Assembly: GCA_949372645.1 (NCBI GenBank)
Contig: CASIAP010000005.1
Coordinates: 157,094-221,093, forward strand
Source: Candidatus Poseidoniaceae archaeon
GTDB taxonomy: Archaea; Thermoplasmatota; Poseidoniia; Poseidoniales; Poseidoniaceae
DNA length: 64,000 bases
Direction of reading: 5' to 3'
This document shows, one piece after another, positions 10,901 to 22,600 of this stretch; within the stretch, counting starts at the first letter, position 1, and every line of letters starts with the position of its first letter. The translations under genes and the position numbers were made by a program. Under the pieces are notes generated by a model. That model ran no database searches. It saw nothing but the letters and a program-made list of their open reading frames with translations, and was not told the DNA's origin.

Positions 10901-13900
10901 CTGCACAAGTATGAGATGGAACCTAAACTCACCGAAACGGCTGTTCTTCCTGTTCCCAAGTCAACGGTTTGTGGCGTAGTTTGTTGTGTTGTTGAACCGA
11001 TGCCAAGTTGGCCATAGTTATTGTGACCCCAGCATTTCAAAGTGCCATCATCAAGCACTGCACAAGTATGAGCGCCACCTAAACTCACCGATACGGCTGT
11101 TCTTCCTGTTCCCAAGTCAACGGTTTGTGGCGTAGTTTGGGTTGTTGTTGAACCGATACCAAGTTCGCCATAGTAATTGTAACCCCAGCATTTCAAACTG
11201 CCATCATCAAGCACTGCACAAGTGTGAGAGGTACCTAAACTCACAATAGCTGCAGTCTGAGTACGGTTTTCTAGACTCAATCCTATGGGAAGTTGCGGAC
11301 TAATGCTTATTGTATCCACATTTCCGCCATCGAGGTTTGAGAGATTGAGATTCCCGATTGACCTGTTTCGAATAAAAGTATAACTTGAACTCGGATATGA
11401 GATATTTGCAAGAATATCGAGAACTCTAATCTCCAAAATTACTTCATCCCAACCAGAGGTGTTCTCTATAAAAATGGTGTGCTCTGTTAAGGTTTGAGGA
11501 ACTGTAGGCGTGCCCCATATCGTTCCATTATTTACCCCAATATACATTCCGAGAGGTAAAGATGGATGAACTGAAAATTGATAGGGGCCTCCAGAAAGAG
11601 TGGGGGAAATGTTGAGGTTTGAGGTATTTCTTACCAAGTTCAGTTGAGTGTTCGGATAGTCTGCCGCAATTCCAACTGTTATTGTAATATTTACATCATC
11701 CGAGCCGCCACTGTTGTTGGTGTACAACCGGTGAATTGTCATTGGTTGAGAGGCGAGGGGGGCTCCAGTTAACGCCCCCATTGAAAATGCCCCCACCAAT
11801 GCTGAAGAATGGGTGAAACGAACCGGTTGAGGGGTTGTGGCTGTTTGTATGGTCGAATTCAACCCGAGTTTTTGACCAGAGTTGTCCCCCCAACACCAAA
11901 TTCCTCCCAGTTCATCAACAACACAAGTGCCATCTGATCCAGCAAAAACATCCACTGCATTCATCCAAGAAGGAATGATTGTTACATTCACTGGACTCAA
12001 TCGATTGATCGTAGTTCCATCGCCAAGTTGCCCATGGGAATTATCACCCCAACACATTATTCCACCCTCATCCACCATAGCACAGGTGTGTGAATAACCT
12101 ACTGAAACATTGCTGTACGAGGCCCAAGACGGTGAGTCAACTATTTGAGGTGACAATTGATTTACTGAATATCCATTGCCGATTTGACCGCTGGTGCCAG
12201 TCCCCCAACACAGAATACTGCCATCGTTCCGAACTGCACAAGTATGTTTTTGCCCTGTGTCAAAATCCAAGGCAGTATATCCTGTTCCAAGATCGACCAT
12301 GACTGGAATGGTCGTTTCCGTACCTGTAGCTGATTGACCAGTCCCAATAGCATAATTTTGATTATTTCCCCAGCAATATAAGGATTCATAGATGGTTAAT
12401 ATACAAAAGTGAGAATCTCCACTGTCTAATTGAGTTATTTGCCCATAGCTATGTTGAGATATTGAATAGTCACTCGAACCTTGGCAGAACAAATCATTCA
12501 CGGCATCCAGAACACAGATTTCATTCATCGAAGTTGCCACTTGAACAATTGGAACAGTACTGCTAAACGTTGCTTCGATAAATTGAAGAGAATCGTTTGT
12601 TCCAATCGAACCGTTTATTTGACCGTAATTATGTTCACCCATGCATTTAACATCGCTGTTTGAATTCACTACACAAACATTTGTTGGACTCAAAGACACA
12701 TCGATTATCGCAGATTGATTATAGGGAAAGAAAGTATCAGGTGAATGAGTGAAGTCATCGCCCCAGCAATTCAAACCCGAGGAAACGATTGAGCAAACAC
12801 CATTCGAGTTGAGAAGAAGGTTCTCATTGTTCCCATTATTTGTCAATAAACCAACAATTGAAGGGTCTAAACTAGAAGAGGTGATTGAACCTCCGATGTT
12901 CGAGAGATCATTCGATTGATTTCTAAATCCTTTGATGAAGTGAAGTGAAGTGGATGTTGTAGATATCTCAGGTATATTGTCGACAATTTCTAATGAAAGG
13001 GGAACCTCCCAATATCCCGAGTAATTCTGTGTAGAAACTGTATATGTTTTGTTAAAGGTGACTTCAGTTGGAGTTCCCGAAATCACTGCGTTTGAGGAAT
13101 TGAATTCCATGCCCTGTGGAAGTTGAGGGGAAATCGAAAGAGTGCATGCTTCACAGCTGAATCCTGTTGGTGTAATCGACGTGGACTGGTTTATCGTAAA
13201 AACAAAAGAATCTGCTGAATACGTAATCGTGGGAGATATGTTGACCTGTATACGATGGAAATTAGTGGAGGATGAGGTATTATACCATACGTCGAGATTG
13301 AGAAGTCCAATCTCTTTAGGTATACCATGCCAAGAATTCGAGTCTGTCACGAACAGTGGAAAATAGGGATTGTAAGTGAAGAAAAAAATACCCTCTATTT
13401 GTGGAACATATACGTAAGATAATGAACCGATGCCAAGTTGGCCATAAGAATTGTGACCCCAGCATTTCCTACTGCCATCATCAAGCACTGCACAAGTATG
13501 ACCGTAACCTAAACTCACCGAAACGGCTGTTCTTCCTGTTCCCAAGTCAACGGTTTGTGGCGTAGTTTGGGATGTTGTTGAACCGAGGCCAAGTTGGCCT
13601 TGAGAATTCTTACCCCAGCATTTCAAACTGCCATCATCAAGCACTGCACAAGTATGATATTGACCTAAACTCACCGATACGGCTGTTCTTCCTGTTCCCA
13701 GAGTAACGTTCTGTGGCGTAGTTTGTGTTGTTGTTGAACCGAGACCAAGTTGCCCATGGGAATTATCACCCCAGCATTTCAAACTGCCATCATCAAGCAC
13801 TGCACAAGTATGATATTGACCTAAACTCACCGAAACGGCTGTTCTTCCTGTTCCCAGAGTAACGGTCTGTGGCGTAGTTTGTTGTGTTGTTGAACCGATA

Positions 13901-15825
13901 CCAAGTTCGCCATAGTAATTGTAACCCCAGCATTTCAAACTGCCATCATCAAGCACTGCACAAGTATGACCGTAACCTAAACTCACCGAAACGGCTGTTC
14001 TTCCTGTTCCCAAGTCAACGGTTTGTGGCGTAGTTTGTTGTGTTGTTGAACCGATACCAAGTTGGCCTAGAGAATTCCGACCCCAGCATTTCAAACTGCC
14101 ATCATCAAGCACTGCACAAGTATGAGAGGAACCTGAACTCACCGAAACGGCTGTTCTTCCTGTTCCCAAGTCAACGGTTTGTGGCGTAGTTTGTTGTGTT
14201 GTTGAACCGATGCCAAGTTGGCCATAGTTATTGTGACCCCAGCATTTCAAAGTGCCATCATCAAGCACTGCACAAGTATGAGCGCCACCTAAACTCACCG
14301 ATACGGCTGTTCTTCCTGTTCCCAAGTCAACGGTTTGTGGCGTAGTTTGTTGTGTTGTTGAACCGATGCCAAGTTGGCCATAGTAATTCTGACCCCAGCA
14401 TTTCAAACTGCCATCATCAAGCACTGCACAAGTATGATATTGACCTAAGCTGACACTTTGAATTGGCGTGGGGATTGCTCTACCTAATAGTACAGGTAAC
14501 ACCATCGCGTTTGAGATACTACTACCAAGTTGGCCATAAGAATTCTGACCCCAGCATTTCAAAGTGCCATCATCAAGCACTGCACAAGTATTATAGGTAC
14601 CTAAACTCACCAAAACGGCTGTTCTTCCTGTCCCCAGAGTAACGGTTTGTGGCGTAGTTTGTGTTGTTGTTGAACCGAGGCCAAGTTGGCTTTGAGAATT
14701 GTGACCCCAGCATTTCAAAGTGCCATCATCAAGCACTGCACAAGTATGAGCGCCACCTAAACTCACCGATACGGCTGTTCTTCCTGTTCCCAAGTCAACG
14801 GTTTGTGGCGTAGTTTGTTGTGTTGTTGAACCGATGCCAAGTTGGCCATAGTAATTCTGACCCCAGCATTTCAAACTGCCATCATCAAGCACTGCACAAG
14901 TATGACCGTAACCTAAACTCACCGAAACGGCTGTTCTTCCTGTTCCCAAGTCAACGGTTTGTGGCGTAGTTTGGGATGTTGTTGAACCGATGCCAAGTTG
15001 GCCTTGAGAATTCTGACCCCAGCATTTCAAACTGCCATCATCAAGCACTGCACAAGTATGATATTGACCTAAACTCACCGATACGGCTGTTCTTCCTGTT
15101 CCCAGAGTAACGGTCTGTGGCGTATTTTGGTTTGTTGTTGAACCGAGGCCAAGTTGGCCAAAGACATTGTAACCCCAGCATTTCAGAGTGCCATCATCAA
15201 GCACTGCACAAGTATGAGAGGTACCTAAACTCACCGAAACGGCTGTTCTTCCTGTTCCCAAGTCAACGGTCTGTGGCGTAGTTTGTTGTGTTGTTGAACC
15301 GATGCCAAGTTGGCCATAATTATTCCAACCCCAGCATCTCAAACTGCCATCATCAAGCACTGCACAAGTATGATATTGACCTAAACTCACCGATACGGCT
15401 GTTCTTCCTGTTCCCAAGTCAACGGTCTGTGGCGTAGTTTGGGTTGTTGTTGAACCGATGCCAAGTTGGCCATAGTAATTGTAACCCCAGCATTTCAAAG
15501 ATGTATCAAGTAAGATCAAGCACATACTATTACCGACCGATACTTTTCCATCGGCGTTTATTTCGTCTGGAGTAAAATACATTCCTTCTACATTTGAATG
15601 AATGTCATACGAACCAGAGGAAGTATTCCCGGTTAACGACGTTAGAATCAACGCTTTGTGTCCTGCTGTCAAATTAACAGTAGCATTTGAAGATACTGTT
15701 TGGATTGTAACTTCGGGTTCAAGGGTGAACTCATCCCATGATTGCATCGTAGCACTCATACTGATGGTGGCCATCAAGAACGACAGCAGAATGGCTTGGT
15801 ACTTGCTACGAGCCTTGTCCTCCAT
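4935..15825 (-). CDS. Giant (about 3630 aa) RCC1-repeat / putative Ig-domain surface protein, split by a 1-nt frameshift near 10917
   Basis: ORFs 10894-15825 and 4935-10901 join within one RCC1 repeat; signal peptide, HTCAVLDDG.LKCWG.N..GQLG repeats, LP.GL.F....G.I.GTP Ig-like units, DxDGD motif, C-terminal TM and acidic tail. Confidence 0.85.
5088..5238 (-). repeat. 9-bp minisatellite encoding (EEA/EET/EEV)n
   Basis: ttcttcagc / ttcttcagt / ttcttcaac units in tandem. Confidence 0.9.
10205..15500 (-). repeat. Three blocks of 7 RCC1 repeats with a 156-bp (52-aa) period (about 10205-11245, 13425-14450, 14525-15500)
   Basis: ccatcatcaagcactgcacaagt recurs every 156 bp within blocks. Confidence 0.95.
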
Positions 15826-15936
15826 GACTTCACTAATATGTGATAGTAATAAAGAATTAGGCTTGCTTTCAATCTAATTTTATTACAAAAACCATGATAA
15901 AAAAGGATTTCAGTCAATTCAAGCCCTACTCTTTAA

Positions 15937-15998
15937 CTTGATTCAAAGAGAAAAGAACATTACCTGTCTACAAAGAAGTTTACGCATAAATCGAAATT
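15937..15998. repeat. 62-bp direct repeat, right copy
   Basis: cttgattcaaagagaaaagaacattacctgtctacaaagaagtttacgcataaatcgaaatt. Confidence 0.95.
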
Positions 15999-16022
15999 GA
16001 AGAAGCAGGAAACGGTTGAGTA

Positions 16023-17882
16023 CTAAATCAACCTTGTTTGGCGGGATGTCTTCTTGGTTTCTACAGAAGCATTCATGTCCCAAAGAACCTCGACACTTTG
16101 CCATATCGCATGGTCGATTTTCATCGCCAATGAGCCTTGAAGAGTAGATGAGTTTTGCGAATCGTGTAAAATTGAAACAGTTTCGTCTTGAGGTAATGCG
16201 TCAATTGAAGGAATCCCCATTCGTAGTTTTTCCCTCTATATCTGCAACTGTACTGATTTGTTGAGATTCACACATCGAGGCCACACGCTGTTCCATCCAA
16301 TGCGGGAACAAACCGTCTGCAAGTGCATCGAGGTCATGCTCCGTCGGCGAGAGTTCTCGCTCTTTGTAGAAAGAATGTGAACCGTTAACCCATGATCATG
16401 GAGCACACGGGCAATACAGGAGGAGAGAATACCGTTCTCAACAACGTAGTGAGTTGCTTGAATGAGGCTTTGGTTTCGATGAATGTGTGTTCCGTATCTG
16501 TCGACATCAAGTCGAGAGGCATGTGTGACAACATCTCGTTTACGCACTACGCCCATCACCTGCATTGAAGGGAAAAAGGGACGGTCAAATAATCCATGAC
16601 ACCATTGAATGCCAACTACAGAGGAAGGGTCCCTTCCATCAAGAGCATACTTGTCATTGAGCATCTGGCCAATATACAGCGAATGCTCCAAAGATTCAGT
16701 CCACAGTGGAATCGCTTTACCCCAGGTCATTCGTAAATTATTGTGTAATTCGCCGTGTCGAAGCAATGAATGTTGACAAAGATTCCATAATTCAAGAGGC
16801 GAAGAAGCGTATTCCATCTCATGGTCTTTCAACTGAACAACTCGGGGGTCATCAGAGGTTTCTCTCCACGATTGTAATGCCCATTCTGGAAGGTTCGATG
16901 AATCATAAGGGTCTGTTGCGGCATAGATGTGGTGCCACGGATGTTCTCGAAAAATCAGTAATTCGTCAAGATACTTTTCCGCCGATTTCGTGCCAACTGC
17001 TGCCGCTTCTCTGGCCACCCGCATGGGGGAGATGAAACCATAGTGAAAAGCCGCAGAGAGACGAGATACGCCGGTTGGGTCGGCAGCGTTATTTCGCCGC
17101 TTAGCATAGCCATTGAGCCCTTTATCATAGAACTCTTGCCATTTGTGAAGGGCTGCTTTCTCCCCCCCGCGTTCATGCCACACGGGGTGAACTGACGGAT
17201 CGATAGAACATTCACGTAACAAACCAAACCGGTTCTTGAGTTGCTTTACGCGCTCAACCACATTGACGGGCTCAAAGGGCAACGGGCCAGTATAGGGTTC
17301 TGGGTTGGCCTCGCAAACCGGCCACGAGGCTTGCAGCCTCTGCTTCCTCAGTCGCTTTGTTGCGTCTCGGAACTTGTACGGCCGGTCTACCGACTTGCCA
17401 AACATGGGCATTGGAATCACACAGTGGCAATCAACATCGAACACGGGGCAAGCCGCTGAGGCTGCAATCGTCTCAACCCAATCGGTCCATGGTGGTAAAG
17501 GGAACAGAGATCGGTGATGATGCAACTTGCAGACTGGCTAAACGACTTCATGACGGAGGGCCGATGGCCTTCTCGTGCTACGTGAAGCACATACCGAAGC
17601 CCCGCCTTTTCTGCATCCATCATCCATGTCAACTGCTGCATCAAGCAACATGTTGTGATGGCGAAGAGATGCGTGTGGATATCGCTCATCAATCCCATGA
17701 TAGATGAGTAAGGGCAAATCATGTTGAGCTGCTATATGCCTACCGACTTCAATTGCCGGGTTCTCATGAAGTCGAAACGAAGACTTCAGCCATACGACCA
17801 CGGGCCCAGAGCCTTGAGGTTCAGAAATGCTGTTGCGGTGACGGGTTCGCTCTGACAAATGCGTAGGCCAGTCGTCCATCAT
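16023..17882 (-). pseudogene. Class II-like CPD photolyase with C-terminal extension, interrupted by three frameshifts (about 17610, 17505, 16355); pseudogene or sequencing error
   Basis: VVVWLKSSFRLHENPA; SRLSAAFHYGFISP; LHNNLRMTWGK...LNDKYALDGRDP...FDRP; fragments join across frames to about 620 aa. Confidence 0.8.
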
Positions 17883-17978
17883 AGACTTACTACAGTTCGA
17901 TACAATATATATCGCTGTTTTTCCACAGCAGAATTTAAATCTCGATGAGAAGAGAAAAAACGGAGGAAAGAACCGGAA

Positions 17979-19472
17979 TCATCCATTTCTTCTTTTTCTG
18001 CTCCCATGCACCTCATAGACGAGGATTGAGCGCTTTTTTACATCGGGCTTACTTTTGGCTGAATATGACTTGCTCACGCCTTCTTTACGAGATGTTTTTT
18101 CATCCACTATAGGTGAAGGGTAATCCGTTCCAATTTCACAAGCGTACAACTCTTGCTGTTCTTGAGTCATCAGCCATGGTTCATGGATAAATTCTGCTGG
18201 GACTGATGTCAACTCCGGTACCCATTCTCTGATAAAATTCCCTTCCGGATCTTGGTCCTCTGATTGCTTGCGAACAGAATATGCGCGTACGGAATTAATG
18301 CCTGTCACGCCTGATTGCATGTGCACTTGAGACCAATGAATACCGGGTTCATAGTCAAGGAAAAGACGTGCCAGGTGCATTCCAGTGTCCTGCCACGGCA
18401 GCCACAGCGTGTAGGATGCAACCGACTGAAGCATCGCCCTCATTCTGAAATTTATCCAGCCTGTTGCCGTAAGCGAGCGCATGCATGCATCAAAAAATGG
18501 CCAACCAGTTTGACCATTCGCCCATGCTTGATATCGCCCTTCATCGTGACTTCGTTCGAGATGCCCATCAAGTTCAGGATTGATTGCAATCTCATCCATT
18601 GTCGTTTCAAATTCAAGTCTCTGAATGAAATGACAGTGCCATGCAAGTCTGCTTTGGAATGAACTCAGACTGGATGTCCAACCTCGGTTTTCTGCCGAAC
18701 GCGGGTTGACTCTCACCTGCTTTTGTTTTCTTCTGCTGTAGTGCAAGATTTGGCGAATCGTGATGCAGCCTGTACTGATGTATGGTGATAATCGAGAACA
18801 GGCTTGCCTTCCTAAAATGGGACTTGACATACCAGATCGATATTTTCTACCTCTCTCATCCAAGAATGAAAACAGTACAGATATCGCTGCTTTTTCTCCA
18901 GCGATTGGCCGCTCCAATAATTCTCGAGGTTTGACTCCGATCTCCTTCGCATCGGGAATACGGTCCGATTTCAAATCGTCAGGTGATTGAATTGAAACTG
19001 GCGTACTGATTAATTCACTCTCGACTCGCGCATCTCTTTGACCCTTCCAATTATCGCGTGATTGCAAACCTCTGATGACCCCATTACTCGGGTATTCGGT
19101 AAAGGAAGCTCCATTTTCTTTACACCATTTGGTCACTGATTTGTCACGTCCCCATGACCAATTGAGCCCTGTTTCTTCATGACTGAACACGGAAGCAATC
19201 TCATATTCTTCATGGAGTTCTGACAATGTATTCACAACATTTCCAAAGTTAAACAACAACTTTCCACCAAGATGTTCGAGCGATTTACCGAGCGCTCGAG
19301 CACAATCCAACTCCCATTGAATATGTATTTCAGAAACATCCTTTCGATTCAACCTTTCAGGCTCAATATTGAATAAACAAATAACGGGATGTGGGCTTTT
19401 ACATGCTTCGGTAAGTGCATGATTGTCCGAGACTCTGAGGTCCCGTTTGAACCAGACCACTGAGACAGGCAT
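17979..19472 (-). CDS. Cryptochrome/photolyase family protein
   Basis: VVWFKRDLRVSDN, CSRLSPYI, GQTGWPFFDACMR, WINFRMRAM, LFLDYEPGIHW, QDPEGNFIREWVPEL. Confidence 0.95.
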   Translation of the reverse strand: MPVSVVWFKRDLRVSDNHALTEACKSPHPVICLFNIEPERLNRKDVSEIHIQWELDCARALGKSLEHLGGKLLFNFGNVVNTLSELHEEYEIASVFSHEETGLNWSWGRDKSVTKWCKENGASFTEYPSNGVIRGLQSRDNWKGQRDARVESELISTPVSIQSPDDLKSDRIPDAKEIGVKPRELLERPIAGEKAAISVLFSFLDERGRKYRSGMSSPILGRQACSRLSPYISTGCITIRQILHYSRRKQKQVRVNPRSAENRGWTSSLSSFQSRLAWHCHFIQRLEFETTMDEIAINPELDGHLERSHDEGRYQAWANGQTGWPFFDACMRSLTATGWINFRMRAMLQSVASYTLWLPWQDTGMHLARLFLDYEPGIHWSQVHMQSGVTGINSVRAYSVRKQSEDQDPEGNFIREWVPELTSVPAEFIHEPWLMTQEQQELYACEIGTDYPSPIVDEKTSRKEGVSKSYSAKSKPDVKKRSILVYEVHGSRKRRNG

Positions 19473-19514
19473 GAAGATAAATCAATTCTACATTCTATTA
19501 AGCCATGTTTCAGT

Positions 19515-19528
19515 TCCCAGACTTGAAC
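19515..19528 (-). repeat. 14-bp copy of the tRNA-Tyr T-loop/T-stem (possible att site)
   Basis: tcccagacttgaac is identical to 25869-25882 and in the same orientation. Confidence 0.65.
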
Positions 19529-19568
19529 AGCAGTTTGAGAGTCGCACCGACCTGCGCTCCATCCGTTA

Positions 19569-19588
19569 CGAACTTTGTTCAAAGTTCG
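19569..19588. promoter_or_regulatory. Inverted repeat cgaactttg-tt-caaagttcg between the surface gene and the photolyase gene
   Basis: Perfect 9-bp arms; operator or terminator, function not determined. Confidence 0.4.
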
Positions 19589-19619
19589 CTAGATGAAATG
19601 ATTGATCAGTACCCGGAAT

Positions 19620-22600
19620 TTAACTTTCCCACTTAGTCCAAACTCCATTTGTTCCTGATTGTTTGTACCACGTTAGGCCATTGAACTGAACCCACTCATA
19701 ACCGTGTTGATCTTGTTGTCCAACCATCTCTAAAGGGGGTGTTGAGACTGGAGTTTCCGACTGAACAAGTGGAATTTCTGGAAGATAATTTTGTTCAACT
19801 GCATTGGATTTAATCACTGGAGTCGTAAAAGTTTCAGCCTCTATTTGTTGGTTTAAGTTGTTTGGGGCGACGTAATGGCTGCTTTCAATTGGCTGTTGGT
19901 AACTTTTCTGTGGAAGTGAATCACCATTTCCTTTTCTCCTAAGAATTACAAAGACTGCGCCGGAAATAATCAAAACGAATACTCCAATGATAGAAGAGAG
20001 AATAATGACTGAAAAGCCACTACTTGATGCAATATCATCCGCATCTGTTACTATTTCTTGGTCATCACTCGAACCTGCATTTTGATTATCTTCATTATCA
20101 GTTATATTTCCTTGGTTATCATCGTCGTTGGTTTCATTATCAATATTATTATTATCATCTGTCAAATTCTGCAGAGCATTGAGCATTACAGTGTGAGAAT
20201 ATTCTGCTATACCGCTAGACACAATAATATCGACACTGTGGGTTCCTTCGGGTATGTTCTCCCAAGTGAGAACGCAATTCTGGTCTATAATCTGACCGGT
20301 TATTGGATAACCCAGTCTACAATCGTATGTAGTTGCATTTTCCAAAGAAACCAACACATTTACTACAGCTGTTTCTTTCTCAATTCCTTCCCATGGGGTT
20401 GAAGTTGCGATAATTCTTACAATTGGGACATCCTGAGGGAAAACTGTAATCGTGGGATTGATTGAAGACGATTCTCCTCTCTCGTCAGATACTTCGATAA
20501 TAAATGTGTACGAGCCAGCGTTTAATGGAGTCCAGGAGATTCTCCATGTATCAACATCTAAGACCATTCCATTCGGAGAATTCAATAGTTGAATGGAAAG
20601 ATTATCACCATCAATATCAGTAGCAGTTATGCCAAATTCGATATATCCTCCTTCTTGTGCAACGATACCAACAATTTCATCAATGATTGGAGGGTTATTT
20701 GGTTGGTCATTTACAGTTAGGTTGTAGGAGTATCTTAACGACACAATCCAATCGGATTCAGCAACTATAGCCACTGAATGGACGCCCACATCTGCTGAAG
20801 TGACTGTCATTGACAACTCTCCAGTTAGTGCATCGATAACCAAGCCATCCGGACCTTCCTCGATTGAATAGGTCAACAAAGCAGGAAGATACCATCCGCG
20901 ATTAAGTGATTCTATCCAGTGAACAGCTTCGAAAGTGGTTGAGTAGGTTTCTCCGGCTACTGCTGATTTTGACGGTTCTGTGTAAATCAACGGTTCATAA
21001 TCGATAAACGCCCATAGCCAATAACCTCCACCTTGGCCCTCAATAATAATCTCATATGTCCCGCCTTCAACATCAGCGAATATGAAATAATTATCTGAAT
21101 TTGGATAAATTATATTCCCGCTGGGGCCTACTGCCCATGCGGTCAAAGAATATGCGCCTGACAGATTGAAGAGTTCATCGGCTGTTCCCAATGTGATAAC
21201 AACTGGTAAACCTGGTAAAATATCAACTGCCCAATAATCCAAATCATCTATTACTCCAATCTCTGAAAAAATTATATCGCCAAATGGAAGCATCGGTGAT
21301 TCTATCGATTCTTCTACGAAAACTGAATAATTCGCTCTGCCCGAAAAAGCTTCAATGGTCAAATAGACTTGACCCATCCCCATTTCGTCAATTGAAAGAA
21401 TGCCGCCTTCAGTAGCGTTAAATTCATCGATCACATAGATCGCTTGCGTTATATCATCAGGCACCCATACTGCTGAAATGGAGGCTTCAATCGAACGATC
21501 AAAATATATGAAAATATCTTGAGCCTCTCCATCAAATACTTCCCAACTAAGTATGTCTAACGAGTCTTCTTGACTATCGATCCACCCATAATGAGAACCT
21601 TCAGTAAGAGGATTTGCTTCAACATAATCATCATCTGGAAGGTGATAACTAGGCAATTCCCAGATGTGGATTTGATAATTCCCGTTGATGATGTGCGGAT
21701 TTTCATATCCATACAAAGTAACACCCACTTCGTGATAACCTGAGTTGCTCGGAGTTACAACTGCCTCAAGAATATTCGAATTTTGTGCAGACTCAGCCAT
21801 CCACCAATTTGTGTAAGTTAAATCTGCCACGTCCATGAAGACGGAGAGAGAATCGTTGTTGTTTTCAGAAGAGATAAAGTCACCAAGTAATTCAACTGTG
21901 ACTGCATATGTAATCCCCGAATACAGGTAGGCCTCATAACATGATGAAGAGTAATCTGGCCCTTGACTAAGGTAAGGGACTAGTTGGTCTGAGACAAGAT
22001 CTACATCCACAATCAACGTTGGCGGGTACAGCAAATCGTCTCTGTATTCGTATTCCCAGCATGCAGGGTTATCGTCATTTACGTATGCCGATTCAACGCC
22101 AATCCAAGTTTGTGCTTGATAATTCCAATTCTCAACCTTTATGCTGAATACATCAGAATGACTTGTTGAAGTGGTTATGGACCATGAATCATCAACGAAT
22201 GAGGAAGTAAACGTTCCGAGTATTGTAGTTCCTGCCTCATCGTAAAGAGTTACGCCATCTATTTCTTCACCGGTAAATTCGATACTAAACAATCGTCCTG
22301 GTTCTGCCCTTATTGAATACCACTTATGCCCGTATGCATCAACGTAAAATGGTGAGGCTCCATCTTGACCAATGTAAATTGGTGTAGCATTTTCAGGTGT
22401 TTCTTGACTAGTAAATTCTTGTAAAGACCAATTTACAGACTGCAAAATTAGCAATTCCAAATCATAGCGGTTTACTATTGAGGCTGGATCAAAAGCAAAA
22501 TAAGATAACCGGCCAGTATTTTCACCATCATCATCGATAATCATTCTAGAAATTCCTACACTTTCGTAGGTCCCTGAAAATTCATTGTATGTCTCAAATA

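Noticed and set aside
10205-15500. CRISPR array or diversity-generating retroelement as the source of repeat variation
   Set aside because: Repeats are in-frame coding units with recurring alleles rather than unique spacers; changes are not adenine-restricted; no cas genes, reverse transcriptase or non-coding template repeat in the window
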